From Mobula hypostoma (Eukaryota), in the NCBI RefSeq assembly GCF_963921235.1, contig NC_086118.1:13766001-13830000 (forward strand): a DNA stretch of 64,000 nucleotides, in the 5' to 3' direction. The translations under genes were made by a program, and so were the position numbers. How positions within the stretch are numbered: position 1 is the stretch's first letter; each line of letters opens with the position of its first letter. Positions 36,790 through 50,524 of this stretch are shown here, one piece after another. The notes under the pieces are model-generated. The model searched no databases and was not told the origin of the DNA. It worked only from the letters and a program-made list of their open reading frames with translations.

Positions 36790-38240
36790 CACTTCAGCAG
36801 TCTGATATATGGCTTCTATTATACTGGGGCACAAGAAGAACGTGGCAACCTGCCTTAATTACTATAGTCCAGTAGCACGTTCTTCCACTCTGGTGAAGTG
36901 TTTTGAGAGATTGGTGATGAAACATATCAACTCCTGCCTGAGAAGTGACTTCGATTGCCTTCCAGAGCAACAGGTCCACAGCAAATGCCACTTTATTGGC
37001 TCTTCGCTCAATCCTGGAATATCTGGGCAGCAAATATGCATATATCAGGGTGATCTTTATCGACTACAGCTCATCATTCAGTACCATCATCCCCTCAAAG
37101 CTAATCAATAAGCTCCTAGACATTGGCCTCAATACCAACGTGTGCAATTGAATTCTAGATTTCCTCATTTGCAGACTCCTGTCAGATTGGATTGACAACA
37201 GCAACAACAGTTGGATCTCCAACAGCAGGTGCACCACATGGCTGTGTGCTTAGCCTCTCTGCTCCACTTGCTTCACACGCTCTACTGGCTGTGTGGCTCA
37301 GCACAGCTCCAATGCCATACTCAAGTTTGTTGATAAAACCGCTGTCGTAGGCCAAATCAAAGGTGGTGATGAATTAGCACATAGGAAGGAGATTGAAAAT
37401 CTGCTGAGTGGTGCCACAACAATAACCTCTTCCTCAATATCAGCAAGACCAAGGAGTTGATTGTTGACTTCAGCAGAAGGAAACCGTAGGTCCATGAGCC
37501 AGTCCGAATGAGAGGATCAGAGGTGGAGAGGGTCACCAACTTTAAATTCCTCTGTGTTATTATTTTGGAGAACCTACCTGGTCTAAGCACGTAAGTGCAA
37601 TAATGAAGAAAGCATGGCAGCACCTCTACTTCCTTAGGAGTTTGCAAAGATTCAGCAGTTCATCTAAAAAAAATGACCAACTTCTATAGATGTGTAGTAG
37701 AGAATATATTGACTGGCTCTTCACAGCCTGGTATGGAATCCAATGCCCTTGAACAGAAAATCCAACACAAAGTAGTGGACGCGGCCCAGTCCATCATGGA
37801 AAAATGAAACACTGTCACAGAAAAGCAGCATCCATCATCAGTGACCCCACTACCCAGGACATGCTCTCTTCTCGCTGCTGCCATCAGGCACAGTTATTAC
37901 CGCTCAACCATCTTGCTCTTGAACCAAAGGGGATAACTTCACTCAACTTCACTTCCCCAACATTGAAATGTTCCCTCAACCAATAGACTCACTTTCAAGG
38001 ACTCCTTATCTCATGTTCTTGATATTTATTGCTTACTTATTTATTATTCTTTCTTTTTGTATTTGCACAGTTTGTTGTCTTTTGCACACTGGATGAATGC
38101 CCAAGCTCGTACGGTCTTTCATTGTTTCTGTTATGGTTAACATTCTATAGATTTATTGAGTATACCCACAAGAACATGAATCACAAGGTTGCATATGGTG
38201 ACAAATAAGTACTACAATAATAAATTTACTTTGAACTTTG
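36790..38240 (+). mobile_element. Rex-Babar-like LINE, degraded RT and 3' end
   Basis: YSPVARSSTLVKCFERLV, IFIDYSSSFSTIIPSKL, GAPHGCVLS, KFVDKT; TTTGAAC tail repeats. Confidence 0.85.
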
Positions 38241-38374
38241 AGCATCTGTGTATGGGAGTCTGCATACCAGGTGATGATGCAACCACAATGAATGTTCTCC
38301 ACCACACATCTATAGAAATTTACAAGAGTCTTTGGTGACATACTAAATCTCTGCAAATTATTCTGCAAACAAAA

Positions 38375-39030
38375 TTAGGATAGCTAAATCCCTAGGGCCT
38401 GACAAGGTGTTCCCTCAGACCTTGTGAGAGTCAAGTGCAGAAATAGCCACGGCCCTACCAGAGTTATTTAAATCATCTTAGTGACAGGTGAGGTACCAGA
38501 GGATTGGAGGGTAGCCAATGCTGTTATGCTGTTTAAGAAAGGCTGTAAAAATAAACCAGTAAATTATAGGCTGGTGAGCCTGACATCAGTAGTGGGAAAG
38601 TTATTGGAAGGTATTCTAAGGGACTGGATATATGAGGATTTACATAGGCATGAACTGATTGAGGATAGCATTGATTAATGCATTGTAGCTCATGTCTAAC
38701 CAATCTTAGGGAGTTTTTCAAGGAAGTTACCAGGAAAATAGACGAAGACAAGGCGGTGGATTTGCCTACGTGGACGTCAGCAAGGTATTTGACAAGGTCC
38801 TGCATGGGCGGTGGTGGTCAAGAAGATTCAGTCACTTGGCATTCAAGCTGTAGTATTAAATAGGATTAGACGTCGGCTTTGTGAGAGAAAACAGAACATG
38901 GTAGTAGATGGTTGCCTCTCTGACTGGAGGCCTGTAACTAATAGAGTGCCAAAGGGATCGGTGTTGGTTCCATTATCGTTTGTCATCTATATCAATAACC
39001 TGGATGATAATGTGGTTAACTGGATTAGCA
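38375..39030 (+). mobile_element. CR1 RT fragment, degraded
   Basis: VPEDWRVAN, NYRLVSLTSVVGKLLE, SCLTNL, VPKGSVL. Confidence 0.85.
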
Positions 39031-39389
39031 AATTCAAAGATTTCAAAGGTACATTTAATGTCAGAGAAATGTATACAATATACATCCTGAAACGCTTTTT
39101 CTTTGCAAACGTACATGGAAACAGAGGAGTGCCCCCAAAGAATGAATGACAGTTAAATATTAGAACCCCAAAGTACCCCCAACTCTCCTCCCTCCCATGC
39201 ATAAGCGGCAGCAAGCAACGACCCCCTCCCCCATTGGCAAAAAAAGCATCGGCACCCGCCACTGAGCACTCAATTGTGAGCAAAGTAACAGCAAAGACAC
39301 AGATTTGCAGTACCCCAAAGACTACCTGTTAACCCAGTATTCACATTACTACAGGCTCTATCTCTCCCTAATAAAGGAAAAAGAGATGT

Positions 39390-40759
39390 CCAAAGCACTT
39401 AGACTCTGTTGTGGAGCTTTTAGGACAACATCAGTCCTGGCATTATGTGTGGAGATGGGAGAAGTGCCTCTACGTTTAAGACAAATTCAGTTGGGCCTGC
39501 AGTATTGGGCAAAACTAAATGGCTTCAATCACAGCTGTCCGCCAAAGTGTCTTTTGCAGGCCAAAGTAAAATTGAAAGATATCCATTTTTAGATTTGGTT
39601 AATAACTGGGCTGTGAAATTGAAACTGACTGAGGAAGACATAGATGGCCAAATTTGCTTGCCAATCATTCCACTTTGGCTCTTGCCAGAACCAGAAGTAG
39701 ACCTATTCCTCATTTTTCAGCTTCAAGGAAGCAGAGCAAATTCATTAGCATTGATCACAAATAAATATTTAAATAATAAATGGGGATCTTATCTGAAGAT
39801 TTTTCCTGATGGCTCAGTGGACCCAGAGAGCAGTAGGGCAGGACTTGGGATGTATGTGTCTCAACTTGGAGTGAAGATTGGACACCGGGTGTCAGATGGT
39901 GTTTCTGTCTTTGCAACAGAATTATTAGCAATCTTCTGGGCCTTATGGTGGATAGAAGACTCTCAACCATGTAGGGTTATCATCTGTTTGGATTTTGATG
40001 TTGCCTTAGAGGCTATAAAAAGGAATAAATCTAAAGTTCATCCTGACATAGTTATTGAGAATTTCTTGGTGTTGTTTAGAGTAGGGAAGATGGGTTGTGC
40101 AGTCAGATTTTCATGGATACCTGGGCATGCTGGGGTGGAGGGAAATGAAATTGTGGATGGCATTGGAAAGTCTTCCTTACAGAGCAGGCAAGTAGAAATT
40201 AGAGTTCCCCTAGGCATAGCAGAATTGAGAAGTAGGATTAAAAAAGTATGGAGAAGAAGTGGCAGGAGGATTGGAAAAATGAATTAAAGGGCAGGCATTA
40301 TTTTTCTAGTCACCCACTAGTTAAAAAGGTCTCAGACTGTTACCTTTTAAATCGTAGAGATATGGTGAAATTAACAAGACTTAGGTTGGGGCATTGTGGG
40401 CTAAACTATTATTTAAAGATAATAGGAAACATCCTACTGTATTATGTGACTGTGGTAGTCCAGAGACAATCCAGTATGTTTTGCTGAGCTGTAACCGATA
40501 TAAAAGTGAAAGAAGCATATTGTTCAAGAGGCTGTCTGGCTTAAATGCAGTTTGGTTTTCTATTAAATCCTTGTTTAGCCATCAAGAGAACGAACATGTG
40601 ATTGATGAGTTTATTATTTAGTTTATACGTGAGACTAGGTTATATTCGAGAATTTGAGTTCTTTGAAGTGCTATAATTAATTATACATCCTGCAGAGGGC
40701 AGTAATATGCCTAGATGTGTCTAAACTGCCGGGAATAGAAGAAGAAGAAGAAGAAGAAG
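39390..40759 (+). mobile_element. I-group (Nimb-like) LINE 3' part with RNase H and (GAA)n tail
   Basis: ALRLCCGAFRTTSVLAL, IFPDGS, SVFATELLAI, WIPGHAGVEGNEIVD, TRLRLGH, CDCGSPETIQYVLLSC; GAA repeats at ~40738-40759. Confidence 0.88.
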
Positions 40760-41114
40760 TACCCAGGCATTAATTTACGACATCATGAACTGTACCCTCG
40801 GGCGTTTTGGGGGACTGTTCTGCTGTGTACAAGCTAATGTAACAGTGTGAGTGAAAATAAATGAAACTGTTTGGAATGCCTGTGTCTAGAATCCTTATTT
40901 TTATGAGTTATAAACCAGCGGAGCACATTAACTGAAGGGATTGTTTTGATTAGCCAAGCTAGCGATTGTTTTACTGTAAGGGTGTGTAAATGGTGAACTC
41001 CCAAGAACTGCAGAACGGGAGGGCAAAGTGTGTGAACTATTGGGGAAGCTAGACAGGGGTCAGAATGAGGAGAAGTGACTAACTGAATTAGCAGTGCCAA
41101 CCTGTCCTGTCACG

Positions 41115-41927
41115 TTAGTAACCACAACATCTGGAGGGTAAGATGAAGGAACACATACCAATCCTCTTAGAGGGATCAGAAGTGGAGAGGGTGAGCAGCT
41201 TCAAGTTCCTGGGTGTTAAGATCTCTGAGGATCTAACCTGGTCCCAGCATATTGATGTAGTCATAAAGAAAGCAAGACAGTGCCTATACTTTATTAGGAG
41301 TTTGAAGCGATTTGGCATGTCAACAAATACACTCAAAAACTTCTATAGTTGTACCATGGAGAGCATTCTGACAGGCTGCATCAGTGTCTGGTATGGAGGG
41401 GCTACTGCACAGGACCGAAAGAAGTTGCAGAAGGTTGTAAATCTAGTCAGCTCCATCTTGGGCACTAGCCTACAAAGTACCCCGGACATCTTTGGGGAGC
41501 AGTGTCTCAGAAAGGCAGTGTCCATTATTAAAGACCTCCAGCACCCAGGGCATGCCTTTTTCTCACTGCTACCATCAAACAGGAGATACAGAAGCCTGAA
41601 GGCACACACTCAGCAATTCAGGAACAGCTTCTTCCCCTCTGCCATCCGATTCCTAAATGGACTTTGAAGCTTTGGACACTATCTCACTTTTTTTTAAATA
41701 TGCAGTATTTCTGTTTTTACACGTGTTTTAATAATCTATTCAATAAATGTAATTGATTTACTTGTTTATTTATTATTATGTTTTTAGTTTATTAATTATT
41801 ATTATTATTATTTCTGTATTATTATTATTTTTATGTATTGCATTGAACTGCTGCTGTTAAGTTAGCAAATTTCATGTCGCATGCCGGTGATAATGATTCT
41901 GATTCTGATTCTGATTCTGATTCTGAT
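41115..41927 (+). mobile_element. Rex-Babar-like LINE 3' fragment with (GATTCT)n tail
   Basis: VERVSSFKFLGVKISEDLTWS..KARQCLYFIRSL..FRNSFFPSAIR; tail repeats at 41895-41927. Confidence 0.9.
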
Positions 41928-43329
41928 CAGCTGCTGCCCACTTCTGAGGTTATTGAAATCCAACACAAACTACCTGATTCAAATCCAGTTGTACAAATAG
42001 GACACGATTCTGACAGAATGACTGCAGAACTACTGTTAAGATCAAATGACACAGCCGGTGCTCCCCATTGCGTGTGCTTTTTGAGATGCCCCCTACTGAC
42101 AATACAGTATCGACACCAAGATCTGCAGTGTACATACACCACCAAGAGATAAAATGACTCTGGCATCATCTCTGACTCCTTAGTAGCCTCACAGGAACAG
42201 GCAGCCTCCAGAAAGAGTGAATATCTAGTGATTAATCCTCAGCACATGGGGTAGAATAATCCTCAGGGTTATGTCTGGTGAGGGAGGCAGTCTGAACTCT
42301 ATACCAAGTTTAGAAAAAAAAGTTTTTTTGTTGGTTGAATTTGATGATTAGTCCGTTAAATGTTAATAATTCAGCTGCTGGTTTCGATATGGAAAGGGAA
42401 GGAAACTTCAAAATAAAGGAGGAGGGATACGTTAAGTATTCATGTACATTTTGACATTTACAGGTTGCTTTCGAGCTTCCCATTGTGTTACATACTGAGC
42501 GTAATGTGAGAGGATAGAACACTTGCAAGTAAAATAAACAGCTGCCTGTTTGTACCTCACCTCTCTGCCTCTTGTGTGCGTTATTCATGGCCACCTAGCA
42601 TTCCCAGTAATAGAAATAAAATGCATACATGCATTTCTAATCAGGATTTCACACGCAGCTTCCAGATTGCATCCTCCATGTGGTCTCCCGAGCTATTGAA
42701 CTGCCAATCCAATAACCGTTGACATCCCAACTCAATCCACCCCTCTCACTGATCCCCTTCTTCGCAATCCAGAATTAGAAAACCAAAGCAGTAAAATTCA
42801 TGCCAGATAAGGTTGCAATGATGGTTTCTTTCTATTGCAGCTGGACTATTGCTCAGTTCTGGTCATGACAGGCGAGAAGCATGTTCATGACAGGCGAGAA
42901 GAAGACCTCTGAGACTGCTGCCACGTGTAGCGCATGCACAAGTGGGCAGTACATGGCTTATTTCCTGCCAGTCTCTTGCTGCCAGCTGGTGCTGGGTTAA
43001 GCGACGGAGAGGAGGCTGCAGAAAGTATATCGGCCTTGTCTTTCAGAATAGCGTAGTTTTCATCAGAAAACTCAGGTAAAATTGTCTCTGGCACCTCTCA
43101 GAGAAGATAGACAATCAAAGACAAACCCATAAGACCATAAGGCATAGGAGTAGAATTGAGCCATTTGGCCCATCGAGTCTGCTCCACCATTCAATCATGG
43201 CTGATCTTTTTTATTCCCCCCTATAAGACACCAGTGATTCTGCCTCTTATGCTCTGGAGACATGAATAACCCATGGCAGGTACCTTAAGGCCATAGAAAT
43301 GTTCACCGATACTGACTATGCAGAGTCCT

Positions 43330-44500
43330 CCAAGTCCCTTCGCAAGTTTACCTATCTGAGATATCTTCTTTTATTCAAAGAACAGGGTTTCACTTTCAAC
43401 ACCATCGATGCTGCCTTCACCCCATCCCCTCCATTTTCCAGACACTGCTGTCACCCCATTCTCCCGCTGTCATGACAGGGATAGAGATCATCCTGTCCTT
43501 ACTTACCATCTCAAGACCCTCTGTATCCAGCACATAATTCTTCATAGCTCATGCCATCTCCAATGGGATCCTACCACTAAGCACAACTTGCCCTCTCCTC
43601 CTCTTCTCTACTTTCCACTGGGATCTCTCACTATGTGATTCCCTTGTCAACTCATCCCTCTCCACTTATCTCCCTCCTGGACCTTACCTCTGCAAGCATG
43701 ACAAGTATTTTACTTGCCACTACATTTCCTCCCTCACCACCTTTTGTGGTCCTAAACAGTCCTCCCAGGTGAGACAACACTTCATTATCGGGGTCATCTA
43801 TTGTATTCGGTATTCCACGAATGGCCTTCCCTACATTGGTGAAACCCAAAACAGATCGATGGACAGTTTTGTTGAGCACCTTTGCTTTGTCTGCCACAAA
43901 AGACAGGATCTCCCAATGGCTCACTTTGTCTCCCTATTCACATTCTGACATGTCTATCCATGGCCAACTCTGCTGCCATGATGAGGCCAAATTCTTGTTG
44001 GAGGCTCAACACCTTATAGTCCATCCTAATAGTCCCCAACCTGATTTCTCCAACTTCCAGTCATTTCTCCCCAACCCCTCCCCACTTCTTTACTTTTCCA
44101 TTCCCCCTCTGCTTCCCTACTTTATGCCTTCTTTTCTCCTCACCTGGCTATTGTCTTCCTCTGATTCCTCTCCTCCTTCCCTTTCTCCCATGGTCCACTG
44201 TCGTCTTCAATTAGATTTTCTCTTTTTACCTTTTACCTCTTCTAACTATTACCTCCTAGCCTCGTACTTCATCACCTCTCTCCCAGCCACTCACCTTTCC
44301 CCTCACCTCCTCTCATCTATCACTTGACAGTTTGTACTCATCCCTCTGGCTTCTGCCCCCTTCCTTTCTAGTCCTGATGAAGGATCTTGGCCTGGAATGT
44401 TGGGTATTTATTTTTATCCATAGATTCTACCTGATTTGCTGAATTGCTCCAGTATTTGGTGTGTGCTCCTCAATATTTCCAGCATCTGCAGAATCTCTTT
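43330..44500 (+). mobile_element. Old degraded Penelope element (3' part) with decayed hammerhead
   Basis: Homologous to 15120-16360 (PVLTYH, YIGET region, SHSDMSIHG); 'agtcctgatgaaggatcttggcctggaatgtt' at ~44370-44401. Confidence 0.85.
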
Positions 44501-47379
44501 AATTAATTTATTAATTTATGGGATGTGGGTGTCTCCAGCTAAGCCAGCATTTATCACCCATCCCTAGTCGCCCTTGAGAAGGTGGTGATGAGCTGCATTC
44601 TTGAACTGCTGCAGCCGCTGAGGTGTAGGTACACTCACAGTGCTTTTAGGGTGGGAATTCCCAGCAGCAATGGAGGAATGGTGACATATTTCCAAGTCAG
44701 GATGGTGGGTGACTTGGAGGGGGGTTTCCAAGGGGTGGTCTTCCTAGCTACCTGCTGTTCTCGTCCTTCTAGATGGTAGTGGTCGTGGGTCTGGAAGGTG
44801 CTGCCTTAGGAACTTTGGTGAGTTATTGCAGTGCATCTTGTAGATAGTACACACTGCTGACACTGACATGGGTAAACAACTTGTGTTTACCAATGTCAGT
44901 GTCATTTCCTGAACCAATATCCTCATCATCAATCAGTTCCAATGGATGGGTCATCTCATCCATGTTTCTGACTCCAGACCCCCAAACAAGTTCTTTGCTC
45001 CCATTTCTATCAGAAGGAGATTCTCAGGAAAACCAAGGACTCACATTTTTTCTTCAGTCTGAGTCTTTTTCTATCTGCATTGTCATGAAACAACAAGTCC
45101 AAAAACTACTTCTGTGACTCATAATAGTTCTGCTCCGAATCTGTAATCTGACTCTTCGCTACCAGTTTCTTGTTTCTCCCCATTAGTTCAGAGTTCAGAT
45201 TTCAGATTCAGATTTATTTATCATATGTACAGTGCATGTTAACGTACAGTGAAATTTAAAGATCATGTCAGACAAACTATGGAATCCTATTTCCGCAATT
45301 TCAATTCTGCTTTAATACACTTTGAATTAGAATTTTTATCATTAATCATGTACAAGAGCACTTGCATGCATAATAATTTTCAGGAAATTCTTCTAGATTG
45401 CTTCTTGTTCCCAACGCCCTGAGCATAAATATGTGATCTTACTGGACCTGCTCACCATGTTTGATGTAACTCTTGTATTTCTCTGACACAGAAACCGGGC
45501 ATTAAATCTGTAAGCCACAAGAACTGTCCTTAAGCATTCAGTGTTCCACTAAAAAGCTTTCAAGGCCATCACTCCCAAGTTTCATGTTTTTGGTTTCTTT
45601 TTTTTTGTCAAAGCTTCCCTAGCCATCAATATCTCCAACCAGGATGAGCTCTGTCACACTAAGGCAAGTAGTGTGCAGATCTCTGATCATGTTAGGAGAA
45701 CCCAAAGGCAAGGTTGTGCTTTGCTCAGGAATTTAGACTTACCATCATGTTGTTCAGACAACTCCTGGGATTCCTGAAGACACATTGAATGTCATTGATT
45801 TAGTCATTCTGGTCTTGTTCAGTATTGATTTATGGTGAAATTTCATGGGCTGAAACATTTCTCAGCCTTATACTCTTAGCAACTGATGTTATTAAACTAC
45901 CAAAGTAGAGGTTTTATCTCCTTGTTTTTGTTTAATATTTATGGTGTTGTCTGCCACTCTTCTGTGAGTGCTCATGATTTGTCCTGATCTATTTTCTCCG
46001 GTGTATTCTGCTAAAGTATTTTCACAACCCTTTTATGCACCAACATCCTCTGCAGCAATGTGACCATTACTTAGCTTGTCAACCAGTTTTCCATTGTATT
46101 TAGCTTCAAATGCAGAGTATTTTGGCTGACAATGAATTTCCAGACTTGAATATGAAAGTAATGGGTGATTTGCCTCAGTTCTCTTTTGACTTTGATCTTT
46201 TAGTAACTCTGACTCAACTATCTCAACTGTCTGTTATGGTAGAGTTTCCAAGAAAATCATTAGAGTTCCTAAAATAACAATCCATCTATTACCTTGTCTA
46301 ACAACTGGTCATGAGGTATGAAGTGGACATGGTCGGGGTTGAGGGAGGGGGTGGAGTGGGCTGGTGCTAAAGCTTGGTTTGCCTATTCAAGTTTCTGGGT
46401 ATCACAGGTTCTGAGAGAGCTCCAAAATGGGTTCTGTATTCTGTGCACGTGTTTGTGGAGGAAATTGTACCATTCACTGAGGATGCAATCAGTGAATGAC
46501 ACCAGATGTAGGCAAAGGTAAGAACGCAAAGCACGTTGACCACATCATCAATAAGCATCCTAAAGCGGTCCCCTCTCTCCCATTTTTGTACCTATCTTTA
46601 TTAATTTGTCATATCAAAATAAACTTTGAAATGACTATTATCACTGCTGCTAGGGAGGCAAGTACGTGGTTATAAACAGAATGCTTAGTTTGAACTAATA
46701 CTATCCACTCATTATATTGCCTGTACGATGATATTCCTTGCCAAACAACAGATTAATGATCACTGACTAGACACTAAAACCATTTCAAGGATATCAGATA
46801 TTTGGCATGTTCTCTGCTCAATATGCAGAGGGCACAAATATGCACATACAATTTAGCTTTTGGGGTCATTCGCTCTGTAAATCCAAATTTGTGCATTTGG
46901 TATCTGCTTTTGAAATTCATCAGGCTAATTCACAAACAGATATGACTTGATTCCATCCCTATTAATTCTATCAGCACACACTGGGAATTGACCTTCAAGA
47001 TTAATCAATCACTGCAATAATTTCTTGAGGAAAAAAAGAAATCCAAGAGATGACTTAATGGGTTCCTAATTTTAAAATGACCTGGCAAAACAGATATTTC
47101 TCAGAAAGTCTAAAAGCATGAGATATTACTACACATCAGGATCTGAAATTCAGCAGCCGAGTTGAAACTGACAGCACAAGAGGACGGACACTGATTTGAG
47201 ATTATTTCAACAGAAAATTTGATGGGTATAAGGAAATAAAATTGCAGGGCTACAGGGATGAACTTGGAAATAAAACTGGCTAATCGCTCTTACAGACAGC
47301 TGGTGTGAGTTAGATGAGTGAATTATTATTCTGCAAGATTCATTGCCATAAGACTCAATGTTACATTCAGGGAAATATA

Positions 47380-47442
47380 CAGTACTGTGAAAAAGTCTTA
47401 GGTACACATTAGCTAGGGTGTCTAAGATATTGCACAGTATTG
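47380..47442. mobile_element. Tc1/mariner-type mini MITE
   Basis: TA-CAGTACTGTG...CACAGTATTG-TA inverted ends; a related copy lies at 47853-47906. Confidence 0.65.
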
Positions 47443-49829
47443 TAGTAATTTTATATATTACACTGTACTGCTGCCACAAAAAACAAATTTCATGACATAT
47501 GTGAGTGATGATAAACCTGATTCTGATATGGGTCTCTATTGTGGACTGAGAGTGGGAAGGGGGCAGGGAGAAGGGAGTCATGGTTGGGAAAAGGGGAAAG
47601 GAGAGTGGAGGGATCCAGAAGAACCAGACAGACATTCAGTAGTGATCAAAAAAAGCAATTGTTTGGAATAAGATGACCTTTCCTGGTGTCTCGGGGCTGT
47701 GTGTATCTGCACCCGTGCCAGCCCCCCACCCTGACACTCCTTCTCTGCCACCAGTCCCACGTCCTTCCTGCAGCACTCCAGCCTTGCTATTCCCAACATC
47801 TGTTGCTCCCTACAGATTTACAAACTCACTCTCCATTCCACAGTGACAAATGCAGTACTGTGTAAAACTCTTCAGCAACCTGGCTGTATAAATTTGCACA
47901 GTCCTGTATGTACCCAGAACACACTGAGAAGGTTGAAGTAAATGGCATTGAAAGAGGAGATAAACACGAGTAGGAGAAAGCCATGGGCAAGAGCTTTTTG
48001 AGGATTTGATGGTGGGAAGAGGATAACATGGAGCAGATGTGAGTAAGTAATCAGTTCATGAACTGCAATCTCAAATCTTCCTCATAAAAATTCAAATAAA
48101 ATTCCAATAATCTGGCACCCTCAGCACTTTGGCATGGGATGAACTAATTTCTGAACTATTGGATGTTGCTCATATTAACAGTCCATTTCACTTTATTTAT
48201 TATATACTTGTTACATAGTTGTATGATAAATTTTCCCAGTGAATTTGGTGAATCTAAAGTGGGAAACACTTTAAACTGATATCAGGAAACAGTAGCAATA
48301 AGCCAGTGAGACAGATGCCTCCTTGAATAAGTTCAGCTCAAATAAAGATTAATCTGAACTTGTACAAGTCAAACAAAGAGATTCAGAAGGTTTAATATTC
48401 TGGTGTAAACTTATGTTACATTCACTGGAAAGAGATTTGATTAGTTTTATTTGATGTTGAATTGCATTGATCTTTCTTGCCCCCTGCAGGTTAAAGGCAG
48501 TACAGCTGTGCTTATCTGATTCTGCTTGGGAAATGGTTTAACAATCCAGTCACATTGCTACTAAGAGGTGCATATTTTCACAACTATTTGTTTCTTTCTA
48601 CCACCTGCTTTCAACATTAATAGTAGTACAACAGCTATTTTAATATTAAAATGCATTAGTGCAAATGTTACAGATGAAAAGAACTGCTTTACAAATCAGA
48701 GAGGCTACTAAATGAAATTTAAAATATTTCAAATCCTGATGGTAGTTTGGATTGTTTTTTTTTGGATAGTTCATACTATCTGATCCGTGAAACCAAACTT
48801 AGAGTGGCCCAATCAAATACTCTCTCCACTGCAAACAGTAGAGAGACATTTTCTCTACAGTTGTTAACCACTTCAAGCTGCTCACTGAAAATCAAACTCT
48901 CTTATCGCCAATACTCCTTTAATACTCAACATCCTCCTTCATTTCAGACTCTCCAATCTTTCGCCCTTGCATCAGATTATTTTTCTCCACCTTTCCTGCT
49001 CGGCTCTAACGAGGAGCCATTGACTTGTCAACCTTCCTTCTTCCTGGTCAGGCACAGCCTTTTACTGCTGCTTTGATCAACAGCTTGTGATACTGTTGTT
49101 GAGAGGCATTCCTGTGAAAAGGGCTTAGGATTCCAAAATCCAATTTGTCCTAATTTGCAGCAAGAATGAACACTGTCCATTAGTTATCAAATCAAGTTAT
49201 CTTCCCATGGAATCATCCTTCAATTCTTTTTCCACGCTAGCAGTGAATAAAAACATTCAATTCATTTTGAACACTTACATGAAAGTATAATTCAGGGAGT
49301 AATAATATTAGTGCTGCATTATTTAGATGAGTGATGAACACCCAAAGGAACTAATTCAGCAGCTAGGTATATTACAAGGATTCAGGATTCATTTCAGCAC
49401 TGAACTCTAAAGGCTCTTATCAAAGTTAATTCTTCATTTTAAATTTTGCTGAAGCAGTCTTCTTTGATGAGACAGGATCTATAAATAACAAATCTGTAGG
49501 TGAAGGAAAATCTGTGCTTACATTATAATTGGGGATTCATCCCATGTTCCATTGAATCAAAATGTCCCTAGCCATGAGTTTCATCCAGTTAATTATTTAC
49601 CAAGCAATTGTTGAAATGCAGTCAGAATTGCCAGCCTTCATGCTGACAAACCATTCACTGACAGTAACTCACAGACAGTTGGAAGGAGACTCTCAGTGTA
49701 TGCACTTCCTATTTGAGAATGAAATGTTCACCAAAGAAACTGTGAACTTTGTCCTGTTTGGACAAAGTCACCCATGTCAAACAGAGGATTAGAAGTTTCA
49801 TCATTCACTTTCAATTAATTACTTTTATT

Positions 49830-50085
49830 GAGTGATTGATTAAGATACAGTGTGGAATAGGCCCTTCCAGCCACGTCGCTGAGCAATCCCCAGATTTAAT
49901 CCAAGTCTAATCACGGGCCAATTTACAATGACCAATTCACCTACCGACCGGACTGTGGGAGGAAACCAGAGCACCCAGAGGAAACCCACGTGGTCACAGG
50001 GAGAACATACAAACTCCTAACAGGCGGTGGTGGGAACTGTACCCACCTGTACTGTAAAGCATTGTGTTAACCCTTATGCTACCAT
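49830..50085 (-). mobile_element. V-SINE-like element
   Basis: 'gtgggaggaaaccagagcacccagaggaaacccacgtggtcacagggagaacatacaaactcc' is the reverse complement of the V-domain. Confidence 0.75.
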
Positions 50086-50524
50086 ATCACTCTATTGCCG
50101 TAAAGTAAGAAGCTGTAAGACAACTGGGCACTCAATATTTTCAGTGAATTTTACTGACCTTGACTTTTGTGAGCACCTTCAAGGAAGAACTAAACTGCTG
50201 CAAAGTTCTTGATAAAGTTTGGTCACACTCAAATCCTACAAATTAGGTCCAATGCAAGCTAAACCTTTTCATTTGTTCGCTCTGCCAATTCAATGAAGAT
50301 CAAATCAGTTCCAGTGTCGGGGCTGGGTCTAGTGTGTATCAGTCATGCACAGCAGTAAATGGTTGTTGGATCAAGAACCAGTTTCCATTGCTTTTTGGTG
50401 TGGTGCGGTGGAAGGGTGCATTTGTTGGCAGGAGGTGGGTAAAGCTTCTTGAGTTGTGAAACGGTTTCAGAGGTAATGAGACAAGAATTCAGGAAGGGTA
50501 ATAACAGTCCTATGATAAAAATGA

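Noticed and set aside
46408..46517. Possible plus-strand exon (CAG/...AG/GTAAGA)
   Set aside because: Weak polypyrimidine tract and unrecognisable peptide; no partner exons found.
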